Assembly (NCBI GenBank): GCA_964606505.1
Contig: CAZSGM010000007.1
Coordinates: forward strand, 10,993-74,992
DNA: 64,000 bases
Direction of reading: 5' to 3'
Source of the DNA: an uncultured Lachnospiraceae bacterium
Lineage (GTDB): Bacteria; Bacillota; Clostridia; Christensenellales; UBA1242
Shown: piece by piece, positions 45,859 to 53,014 of the stretch
Layout of the letters: every line of letters begins with the position of its first letter
Position numbering within the stretch: the stretch's first letter is position 1
Notes under the pieces: generated by a model
What the model saw: only the letters and a program-made list of their open reading frames with translations
Told to the model about the DNA's origin: nothing
Databases searched by the model: none
Translations under genes and position numbers: made by a program

Positions 45859-45908
45859 TTATGGGCGCAAAATGCTATTTATATGGCGCAAATTGCTGTT
45901 TGATAAAT

Positions 45909-45978
45909 AAACTTATAATACACAATTCGTAGTGTATTCTATAAATATAATACGCTATATATTGTGTATTATAAGTTT
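45909..45978. repeat. Palindromic element copy C (nested, 70 nt)
   Basis: Perfect 18-bp outer arms AAACTTATAATACACAAT / ATTGTGTATTATAAGTTT. The inner core, read on the reverse strand, matches copy B at about 31 of 33 positions. The right arm encodes the last 8 codons of tmcAL. Confidence 0.85.
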
Positions 45979-47064
45979 GTGATACGGGAAAGGTGGTTGC
46001 AAAATGTTGGTCAAGCAATTATATGTTCTGCAAGCAATGGTATCAATTGAATAAACGTTTTTTTCTTGTAGTAGTGCTTTATTTTTCAAGTTTGAAACAA
46101 TTGGGAGCGTACTTGATAAGTGCTTTAAAATCTCCGAGTCTTTAACTGCAACAACTTTAATATATGGCAATGCTAAGTCGGTTTCATTTTGTATTTTTAG
46201 CGCAATGCTTGAGTACAGGCGGTTTAAAAAATGTTGAGTGTAGCGTTTGTTTTGGATTGCAGAGTTAAATTCCTCAAAACTCAAAGTTTCATTAAGTGTG
46301 CTGATGATTTTGTTTTCAAGCCCTTCTTTAATGCTGCGAATTTGCTTTATGTCGTCCTTTGTTTTTGTAATGAGGTTATCGTACAGGAAAGTTTGATATT
46401 TTGCATTGTCAAATGCGTGCGCGTTTTTGATAATATTGTAGTTTTTTTCATCAACGAGGCTTGCGATTGCGGAGAAGTTTTTGGCGTAAATTTCATTTCG
46501 CAGTTGCGTCGCGGAAACGTTTGGCAAGCGCTCAATTGCAATCGGCGTGATTGTCTCACTTAAGTTTAACATATATTGCACCGCCAAGATGTCGTTTGCG
46601 TTAATATTTGAAATTTGCGAAACCTCTTCAAGCGCCCGCATATAAGCTGTTGAATACGATTCGCCGTCCGTGAGTTTGGTTTCAAGTGCCGCCTTGAAAT
46701 GCAAAGGCTCATTTTCAATGATGGTTTTTAACGTGGCAATTTCTTCGCAATTTTTTGTAACTCCAAACGATAAGTAGTCAATGTTTAATTTGTTTGCAAT
46801 TTGAACTGCATTTTTTGCAAAATCATCCGCAGCGCAAACCGTGTACGCAGTCGGCAGGTAAATAACGGCATCGAAGCCGATGTTTATTGCCATCCGTGCG
46901 CGTGTTTGGTAGTCGTAAATTGCGGGAGTTCCGCGCTGAACGAAGTTTCCACTCATAATCGCAACTACATAGTCGCAGTTGGTTCGCTTTTTAGTTTCAC
47001 TAATTAAGTGAGCGTGTCCACGGTGTGGGGGATTAAGTTCGCATATAATTCCTGAAATTTTCAT
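45955..47064 (-). CDS. tmcAL: tRNA(Met) cytidine acetate ligase (YlbM/UPF0348 nucleotidyltransferase)
   Basis: N-terminal GIICELNPPHRGHAHLI and MSGNFVQRG motifs. Confidence 0.7.
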   Translation of the reverse strand: MKISGIICELNPPHRGHAHLISETKKRTNCDYVVAIMSGNFVQRGTPAIYDYQTRARMAINIGFDAVIYLPTAYTVCAADDFAKNAVQIANKLNIDYLSFGVTKNCEEIATLKTIIENEPLHFKAALETKLTDGESYSTAYMRALEEVSQISNINANDILAVQYMLNLSETITPIAIERLPNVSATQLRNEIYAKNFSAIASLVDEKNYNIIKNAHAFDNAKYQTFLYDNLITKTKDDIKQIRSIKEGLENKIISTLNETLSFEEFNSAIQNKRYTQHFLNRLYSSIALKIQNETDLALPYIKVVAVKDSEILKHLSSTLPIVSNLKNKALLQEKNVYSIDTIACRTYNCLTNILQPPFPYHKLIIHNI

Positions 47065-47110
47065 AACATAAGCATATCATAAAACAACATATTTTGCAAT
47101 ATAATTTTAT

Positions 47111-48232
47111 ATGAAAACAAAATTTGCAGAAAAGCAACAAAGTATGTCGGCAGTTGGGGTCTTTTTGGTTTTCTTTGGAACCATCGTTGGCGCGGGATTT
47201 GCTTCGGGGCGCGAAGTGTATGTTTATTTTGCGCAATTCGGCATTTGGGGCATTCTGATGACGATTGTTAGTGGGATACTTTTTTATTGTCTTGGTTATG
47301 TATTTTTACAACTTGGCAAGCGCTGCAAAGTTGGATCGCTGGCTGACTTTTTTAAACTGATTTTTGGCAAATTCGCCCCGATAGTTGAAATTGTCGTTAC
47401 CTTTTCGTACGTGATAGTGTTGGGTGCGATGTTCGCGGGGTTTGATAGTTTGCAAAACATTGTGTTTCAAGGGCTAGAATACCCGATTTTGTCCGTTGTG
47501 AGTGCAGTTTTGTGTGTGCTAACTGTTATTGGCGGGATTAGTAAAATTTCTAAACTGAACGGCGTATTGCTGCCGTTATTGCTCGTGTTTATGGGCGCAA
47601 TTTTTATTTTTTCGCTTGTGGGGAAGCCGATTACGGGGGTTGTAAAACTTGAGAACGTCAATGTTTTAACTTTGGTCTATTCGTTTGTCAGTTGTCTGAT
47701 TTTTGTGTGCAGCAATATGTTTTTGACAGGTTTTGTACTAATGAAAACGGGGGCAGGGACAACGACGCGCGTCGACAAGTTGGCGTCGCTAATGACGGGG
47801 GCTGTGCTGGTCGCAATTTCGCTGCTTGCTAGTGTTGCACTGATTTTAAATCCGCATTCTATACAGTACGATATGCCTTTTGTGTTTTTGGCGTTCAATA
47901 TATCGGACGTTTTTGTAGTAATTTCTGTAGTGATTTTGTGGTTTGCAATTTTTACTACAGCCGTTGCGACGATGTTTACCGTTTCTTGGTGGTTAAAGGG
48001 TTACATAAACAACTTTTTACTTTCGACCGCAATTACGTGCGTGGTGGCGTTTTTACTAAGCAGGGTGGGTTTCAGCATAATCATTGACGTGTTTTATCCG
48101 CTGACGGGCGTTATGGATATAACATTTGTACTTTGCGCGCTGTTTTTGTTTTTCAAGACGGGTAAAAACGAAAAAAGTGGTGTAACCCATGCAAAGTGGT
48201 GTAAACACGCGAAAAAACGCAACTTTGAGTAG
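47111..48232 (+). CDS. YkvI family membrane protein
   Basis: GTIVGAGFASGREV motif and polytopic topology. Confidence 0.55.
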   Translation: MKTKFAEKQQSMSAVGVFLVFFGTIVGAGFASGREVYVYFAQFGIWGILMTIVSGILFYCLGYVFLQLGKRCKVGSLADFFKLIFGKFAPIVEIVVTFSYVIVLGAMFAGFDSLQNIVFQGLEYPILSVVSAVLCVLTVIGGISKISKLNGVLLPLLLVFMGAIFIFSLVGKPITGVVKLENVNVLTLVYSFVSCLIFVCSNMFLTGFVLMKTGAGTTTRVDKLASLMTGAVLVAISLLASVALILNPHSIQYDMPFVFLAFNISDVFVVISVVILWFAIFTTAVATMFTVSWWLKGYINNFLLSTAITCVVAFLLSRVGFSIIIDVFYPLTGVMDITFVLCALFLFFKTGKNEKSGVTHAKWCKHAKKRNFE

Positions 48233-48300
48233 GACGGGCATAAAAGCTCACGTAGGGCAAAAAAGTTTTTCAACATCAAATAAATTTTTTGGGCAAACAC

Positions 48301-48329
48301 TTGACATAATCGCGAAAATTGTATATAAT
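48301..48329 (+). promoter_or_regulatory. Consensus sigma-A promoter of the rplU operon
   Basis: TTGACA (48301-48306), 17-nt spacer, TATAAT (48324-48329). Confidence 0.7.
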
Positions 48330-48335
48330 ATCACA

Positions 48336-48413
48336 AGTACCGCATGAGGAAGGCAGTTAAGTACGTTTGTCGCCTTGTTCAGCGAGTCTTATTTTAATAG
48401 GAGGGAACTAGAG
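48336..48413 (+). ncRNA. Ribosomal protein L21 leader-type 5' UTR
   Basis: About 78-nt structured leader between the promoter and rplU, where the Firmicute L21 leader motif is found. I could see local stems but could not score them against the covariance model. Confidence 0.45.
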
Positions 48414-48722
48414 ATGTACGCAATAATTAGAACAGGTGGAAAGCAACTTAAAGTTGAAGAAAATCGTTATTATGATATTGAACTTTTGGATGCAAAAGTT
48501 GGCGATAAAGTTAAATTTGATGTATTGCTATTGAATGATGGCAAAAAATCCACTGTTGGAACACCAGTTGTTAAGGACGCAGTTGTTGAAGCTGAAGTTT
48601 TGGCTCACGGCAAAGGCGAAAAGCTTACAGTATTTACTTACAAGCCAAAGAAGAACGAAAGACGCAAAATGGGTCATCGTCAACCATTTACTAGAGTTAA
48701 GATTTTGTCAATCACAAAGTAG
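48414..48722 (+). CDS. rplU: 50S ribosomal protein L21
   Basis: MYAIIRTGGKQLKV start. Confidence 0.95.
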   Translation: MYAIIRTGGKQLKVEENRYYDIELLDAKVGDKVKFDVLLLNDGKKSTVGTPVVKDAVVEAEVLAHGKGEKLTVFTYKPKKNERRKMGHRQPFTRVKILSITK

Positions 48723-48731
48723 AGTTAGTAA

Positions 48732-49049
48732 ATGACTAAAGTTGAAATTTATTTGGGGCAGGATAAGACGATTAGCAAAATTGCAGTCCGCGGGCACGCG
48801 AATTACGCCGAAAGCGGCAGCGATATTGTTTGCGCAGGGATTTCTACATTGCTAATGACGGGAGCGCTCGCTTCTAGGGAGTTGTTGAAAATCGACATTC
48901 TTAAAGAGTTTAGCGATGGGAAACTTGTGTTGCAAGTCCCCGAAGATGTTGTTGACGACAAATTGCAAGTTATTTTGCAAACTGTTGTTATTGGTTTAAG
49001 AGATATTGAAAGTGGATATCCGAAAAATATAAGTATAAAGGAGATATAA
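48732..49049 (+). CDS. prp: Ribosomal-processing cysteine protease Prp
   Basis: [20 protein letters not shown] catalytic His/Cys motif, located between rplU and rpmA. Confidence 0.85.
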   Translation: MTKVEIYLGQDKTISKIAVRGHANYAESGSDIVCAGISTLLMTGALASRELLKIDILKEFSDGKLVLQVPEDVVDDKLQVILQTVVIGLRDIESGYPKNISIKEI

Positions 49050-49050
49050 G

Positions 49051-49326
49051 ATGTTTATTTGTTTACAGTTATTTGCATCTAAGAAAGGTGGAAGTAGTTC
49101 AAAGAACGGTAGAGACAGTGAATCAAAGCGTCTTGGTCTTAAAAAATCTGACGGGCAACAAGTGCTTGCTGGTAATATTATTGTACGCCAACGTGGAACA
49201 AAATTTGCGGCAGGTAACAATGTTGGGTTGGGAAGAGATTATACAATCTTCGCACTTATTGATGGTGTAGTTAGATTTGAGCATAAGACAAAAGACAAGA
49301 TTCAAGTATCTGTCTATGCTAACTAA
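49051..49326 (+). CDS. rpmA: 50S ribosomal protein L27 with Prp-cleavable N-terminal extension
   Basis: [23 protein letters not shown]: a propeptide ending in LF precedes the mature ASKKGG. Confidence 0.95.
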   Translation: MFICLQLFASKKGGSSSKNGRDSESKRLGLKKSDGQQVLAGNIIVRQRGTKFAAGNNVGLGRDYTIFALIDGVVRFEHKTKDKIQVSVYAN

Positions 49327-49343
49327 TTGTAGTTATGTATATT

Positions 49344-49397
49344 AACTGCGACTTTGCAGAGTTTCATTTTTGAGACTTAGCGAGTCGCAGTTTTTTT
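49344..49397 (+). terminator. Intrinsic terminator after rpmA
   Basis: 10-bp stem AACTGCGACT / AGTCGCAGTT followed by T7; long loop. Confidence 0.6.
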
Positions 49398-49464
49398 GTA
49401 CAACAAATTTAGTTGTTTGTTCCCCAAATTTGGTATAGAGTTAGATATTTGGTATAAAATTAGA

Positions 49465-49495
49465 AAAACCCCATAGGCCAGCCTATGGGGTCATT
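49465..49495 (-). terminator. Intrinsic terminator of tRNA-Tyr
   Basis: Stem CCCCATAGG / CCTATGGGG with a 4-nt loop and a T-run on the minus strand. Confidence 0.75.
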
Positions 49496-49580
49496 TGGTG
49501 GATAGGGATGGATTCGAACCATCGAAGTCAAAGACGGCAGATTTACAGTCTGCTCCCTTTAGCCACTCGGGAACCTATCC
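49496..49580 (-). tRNA. tRNA-Tyr (anticodon GTA), long variable arm, CCA encoded
   Basis: Hand fold: acceptor GGATAGG/CCTATCC, anticodon loop ACTGTAAATC context, T-arm GATGG-TTCGAAT-CCATC; 85 nt. Confidence 0.9.
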
Positions 49581-49595
49581 ATTTGTTACTTTGGT

Positions 49596-49624
49596 ATGAT
49601 ACCAAAAAAAAACATAATTGTCAA
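49596..49624 (-). promoter_or_regulatory. Sigma-A promoter of tRNA-Tyr
   Basis: On the minus strand: TTGACA (49624-49619), 17-nt spacer ending TGG, TATCAT (49601-49596). Confidence 0.55.
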
Positions 49625-49759
49625 CCATTTTTACACATTTTTTTTATATTTTAATGATTTTTCTTGTGTTTTATTAAAATAATCCGGTTTTATTTGTTGT
49701 TTGGGTTTTTATGGTGCGAATAAACGGGGCAGTGCGTATTTTTAGCATTTTACATTAAA

Positions 49760-49776
49760 AGTCAAAGAAAGTCAAA
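49760..49776 (+). promoter_or_regulatory. CtsR operator 1
   Basis: AGTCAAAGAAAGTCAAA matches the direct heptad repeat (A/G)GTCAAAnAn(A/G)GTCAAA. Confidence 0.8.
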
Positions 49777-49793
49777 TTTTTTATTTAAAATAC

Positions 49794-49822
49794 TTGACAT
49801 TTGAAATGTATTGGTATAAAAT
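49794..49822 (+). promoter_or_regulatory. Sigma-A promoter of ctsR-clpC
   Basis: TTGACA (49794-49799), 17-nt spacer, TAAAAT (49817-49822). Confidence 0.6.
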
Positions 49823-49829
49823 ATATAGA

Positions 49830-49846
49830 AGTCAAAGAAGGTCAAA
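49830..49846 (+). promoter_or_regulatory. CtsR operator 2
   Basis: AGTCAAAGAAGGTCAAA lies just downstream of the -10 element. Confidence 0.8.
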
Positions 49847-49862
49847 GTATTTTGGAGGGATT

Positions 49863-50315
49863 ATGCAAACGATTAGCGACATAATCGAAAAGTTTTTGCT
49901 AGAGTCATTCAATGAGAGCGACGAAATCGAACTTTCAAGGAATGAGCTCGCCGATTATTTTAATTGCGTGCCAAGTCAAATTAACTATGTGTTGTCCACA
50001 AGGTTTACACTTGAAAAAGGGTATCTGATTGATAGTCAGCGCGGCGGGGGTGGTTACATTAAAATTCAAAGAATGGTCATTGACGATGATTACAAGAATT
50101 TTATTTTTGAGAGAATTGGCACAAGTATTGATTTTTCAACAGCGAGTGGAATTTTGCAAACGCTTTGCTCAAACGATGTTTTGTCTGACGAGCAGGAGGA
50201 GTGCATTAGGGTGGCAATATCTGATAAGTCGCTTAAAAATTCCTATGGAATAGAAAATGAGATTAGGGCAAAAATCCTTAAAAATACACTGGCCACTATA
50301 TATAAAGGAAAATAA
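49863..50315 (+). CDS. ctsR: Class III stress gene repressor CtsR
   Basis: ISDIIEKFL.....ELSRNELADYFNCVPSQINYVLSTRFT.EKGY...S.RGGGGYI.I signature; GGAGGG SD. Confidence 0.9.
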   Translation: MQTISDIIEKFLLESFNESDEIELSRNELADYFNCVPSQINYVLSTRFTLEKGYLIDSQRGGGGYIKIQRMVIDDDYKNFIFERIGTSIDFSTASGILQTLCSNDVLSDEQEECIRVAISDKSLKNSYGIENEIRAKILKNTLATIYKGK

Positions 50316-50333
50316 AAATAAGGAGAATATGTT

Positions 50334-52823
50334 ATGTTTTATTCATTTAATCCAACTGAAAGTGTTAAGCAGGTTATAAAAAACGCGTCCGAATTTGCGT
50401 TGATGCACGGGCACGACCAAATTGGTTCGGAACATTTATTGTACGGCATTTTGTCGGTTTCCGATAGTATGGCGTCAAAACTTCTTAAAAAACTTGGCGT
50501 AGACAAGAATAATTACACTGAGATTTTTGAAGAAAAAATGTACAGCGGGATGTCATTTTCTGGGCAGTTTGAACCACAATTCACGCCGCGCGCGAAAGAA
50601 ATTTTTAGAATTGCGCAAACTTTGTCGACGCAACTCAATCACGACTTTGTAGGAACGGAACACTTGTTGCTTGCAATCGTTATGTCTAGCGACTGCGTTG
50701 CAAACACGCTCTTAACTCGCGGATTTAGAGTTGAACTCAACTCATTGCGCGACCAACTGCTAGGCGTTTTGCGTGGCGGAAGTATCGTAGCAAATGAGGG
50801 GTACGAAAACATTGACAGCAACGCAAAACAAAGCAGTGCGCTCAAAAGTCCACTAGATGAGGACTTGCTTTCAATGGGAAGCGATATGACGCTAAAAGCA
50901 AAGCAGGGGCAAATTGACCCAGTTATCGGCAGAGAGGACGAAATAAACAAGATTATTGAGATTTTGTGCAGAAAAACCAAAAATAACCCCGTCTTGATTG
51001 GTGAGGCAGGGGTCGGTAAGTCTGCCGTTGTCGAAGGACTCGCGTTGGCAATAGTTAAAGGCGAAGTGCCTAGCATTTTGAAAGACAAGGTCATTTATTC
51101 GTTGCAAATTGGCGGACTAATGGCAGGAACAAAATATCGTGGCAGTATGGAAGAAAAACTCAAAAACGCCATCGAAAAAATTACCAACAACAAAAATATA
51201 ATCGTTTTCATCGACGAAATTCACACTCTCGCACAAGCAGGCAGTGAGCAAGGCGAAATTAACCCCGCAGATATGCTTAAACCATACCTATCAAGGGGCG
51301 AGTTGCAAACCATCGGCGCGACAACAACCGATGAGTACCGCAAGTACATTGAAAAGGACAAGGCGCTAGAAAGACGTTTTCAACCAGTCGTAGTCGAAGC
51401 GCCGTCAGTTGAGCAAACCATCGCAATTTTGAGGGGCTTGAGGGATAGTTATGAGGCGTTCCACCAAGTTTCAATTTCAGACGAGGCAATTGAAGCGGCG
51501 GCAAACTTGTCGGATAGGTTTATTATGGATAGACAACTACCCGACAAGGCAATCGACTTAATTGACCAAGCGTGCAGCAAGGTTAGGGTCAACAACTCAA
51601 TTGTTTCAAGCGATTTAAAGGCAAAAATGCAACAGATCAAGGAACTTGAAAACAATAAAAACGAGGCACTAATTCAGGAAAACTTTGAGCGCGCAGCAAA
51701 ATTTCGCGACGCAATCCGCAAACTTACAGACGAAGTTGAAAAAATCAAGAAAGAAACCGACAGTCAGTACCAAAAAACTGCAAATACAATAACATCCGAG
51801 GATGTCGCAGAGATTGTTTCGCAATGGACAAAAATTCCAGTAACGAAACTGACTGAGACTGAAAAGGATAGGCTTTTGAGAATGGAGGACATCCTGCATA
51901 AGCGTGTTATTGGACAAAACGAGGCGGTTAGCGCCGTTTCAAGGGCAATTAAACGCGCGAGAGCGGGGCTTAAAGACCCTAAACGTCCAATCGGGTCGTT
52001 CTTATTCTTGGGACCAACAGGCGTCGGGAAAACCGAACTTAGCAAGGCACTCGCTGAGGCAATGTTTGATGACGAAAATCTTATTATAAGGCTCGATATG
52101 AGCGAGTATATGGAACAACACAGCGTCGCAAAACTAATCGGGTCTCCCCCTGGGTATGTAGGGCACGACGAAGGCGGACAACTTACCGAGGCAGTTCGCA
52201 GAAAGCCGTATTCAGTCGTTTTGTTTGACGAAATTGAAAAGGCGCACCCAGACGTGTTTAATATGTTGTTGCAAATTTTGGACGACGGCAGATTGACCGA
52301 TTCAAAGGGGCGTGTTGTAAGTTTTAAAAACACAATTGTTATTATGACGAGCAACTGCGGAATTTCCGAGTTGAACGCTAAAAATAAAATGTTGACTTCA
52401 AACAACGCCGAGCCAATGACGTACGAGCAGTCAAAAGAGTTCTTGATGAGTTCGCTAAAATCGCACTTTAAGCCTGAGTTTTTGAACAGAATTGACGTTA
52501 TAACAATTTTCCACTCACTTACCCAAGTTGAGTTGGCACAGGTCGCAAAAATTTTAATAAAACAACTTTGCAAAAAATTAAAAGAGCAAAACATTGAGTT
52601 AAAACTCACTGAGCGCGCTCTTAAATACTTAGTAGAAAAGGGGTACGACCAAGAATTTGGCGCACGTCCTTTAAGACGTGTTATTGAACACGAAATTGAG
52701 GACAAACTTGCTGAGTTGATTTTGGAAAATGACCTTAAATCAACCGACGGAGTTGTGGTTGACGTAGAAAATAACGAATTAAAACTAAAAATTAAATCCT
52801 CTGTGCAGCACAACAATGAATAA
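50334..52823 (+). CDS. clpC: ATP-dependent Clp protease ATP-binding subunit ClpC
   Basis: Clp_N repeats and two AAA+ modules (GEAGVGKSA, GPTGVGKTE). It directly follows ctsR. Confidence 0.9.
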   Translation: MFYSFNPTESVKQVIKNASEFALMHGHDQIGSEHLLYGILSVSDSMASKLLKKLGVDKNNYTEIFEEKMYSGMSFSGQFEPQFTPRAKEIFRIAQTLSTQLNHDFVGTEHLLLAIVMSSDCVANTLLTRGFRVELNSLRDQLLGVLRGGSIVANEGYENIDSNAKQSSALKSPLDEDLLSMGSDMTLKAKQGQIDPVIGREDEINKIIEILCRKTKNNPVLIGEAGVGKSAVVEGLALAIVKGEVPSILKDKVIYSLQIGGLMAGTKYRGSMEEKLKNAIEKITNNKNIIVFIDEIHTLAQAGSEQGEINPADMLKPYLSRGELQTIGATTTDEYRKYIEKDKALERRFQPVVVEAPSVEQTIAILRGLRDSYEAFHQVSISDEAIEAAANLSDRFIMDRQLPDKAIDLIDQACSKVRVNNSIVSSDLKAKMQQIKELENNKNEALIQENFERAAKFRDAIRKLTDEVEKIKKETDSQYQKTANTITSEDVAEIVSQWTKIPVTKLTETEKDRLLRMEDILHKRVIGQNEAVSAVSRAIKRARAGLKDPKRPIGSFLFLGPTGVGKTELSKALAEAMFDDENLIIRLDMSEYMEQHSVAKLIGSPPGYVGHDEGGQLTEAVRRKPYSVVLFDEIEKAHPDVFNMLLQILDDGRLTDSKGRVVSFKNTIVIMTSNCGISELNAKNKMLTSNNAEPMTYEQSKEFLMSSLKSHFKPEFLNRIDVITIFHSLTQVELAQVAKILIKQLCKKLKEQNIELKLTERALKYLVEKGYDQEFGARPLRRVIEHEIEDKLAELILENDLKSTDGVVVDVENNELKLKIKSSVQHNNE

Positions 52824-52830
52824 GGGGGTA

Positions 52831-52900
52831 CGTTTATTAGGCTAGTATAGGTTATATAAGGGTACTATAAGTTATATTAGGTTTAGTATAAATTTAGCAT
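52831..52900. repeat. Degenerate 10-nt phased tandem repeats (about 6-7 units)
   Basis: Consecutive decamers CGTTTATTAG, GCTAGTATAG, GTTATATAAG, GGTACTATAA, GTTATATTAG, GTTTAGTATA, AATTTAGCAT. Confidence 0.75.
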
Positions 52901-52908
52901 AAATTATC

Positions 52909-52949
52909 AAAAAAAAGGACATACCAACTATTTTGGTATGTTTTTTTTT
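52909..52949. terminator. Bidirectional terminator between clpC and the Asn/Thr-rich protein gene
   Basis: A8, stem ACATACCA / TGGTATGT, T9. Confidence 0.75.
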
Positions 52950-53014
52950 GCCGTGTTACTGCCGCGCTGCTTTAGCACAATAGGAGCATTTAGTGATAAA
53001 AACGGTTAATTTTG

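Noticed and set aside
45723-45932. 69-aa plus-strand ORF ending in NKLIIHNS.
   Set aside because: It overlaps the 3' end of the lipoprotein gene in another frame and runs through its terminator into the palindrome. Its C-terminus mirrors the tmcAL C-terminus only because of the element's symmetry.
49428-49456. Direct repeat ATTTGGTATA x2 (19-nt spacing) downstream of the rpmA terminator, and similar TTGGTAT strings near tRNA-Tyr and at 52934.
   Set aside because: The strings are short and AT-rich. Several are explained as extended -10 (TGGTATAAT-like) or terminator stems, so there is not enough to call a motif.
51764-52816. 350-aa ORF on the minus strand inside clpC. Similar long antisense ORFs occur at 13470-14177, 12521-13042, 39164-39697, 16270-16719, 8899-9381 and 9811-10371.
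   Set aside because: Each lies entirely within a confidently identified gene on the other strand. They have no SD and give low-complexity or odd compositions. They are shadow ORFs.
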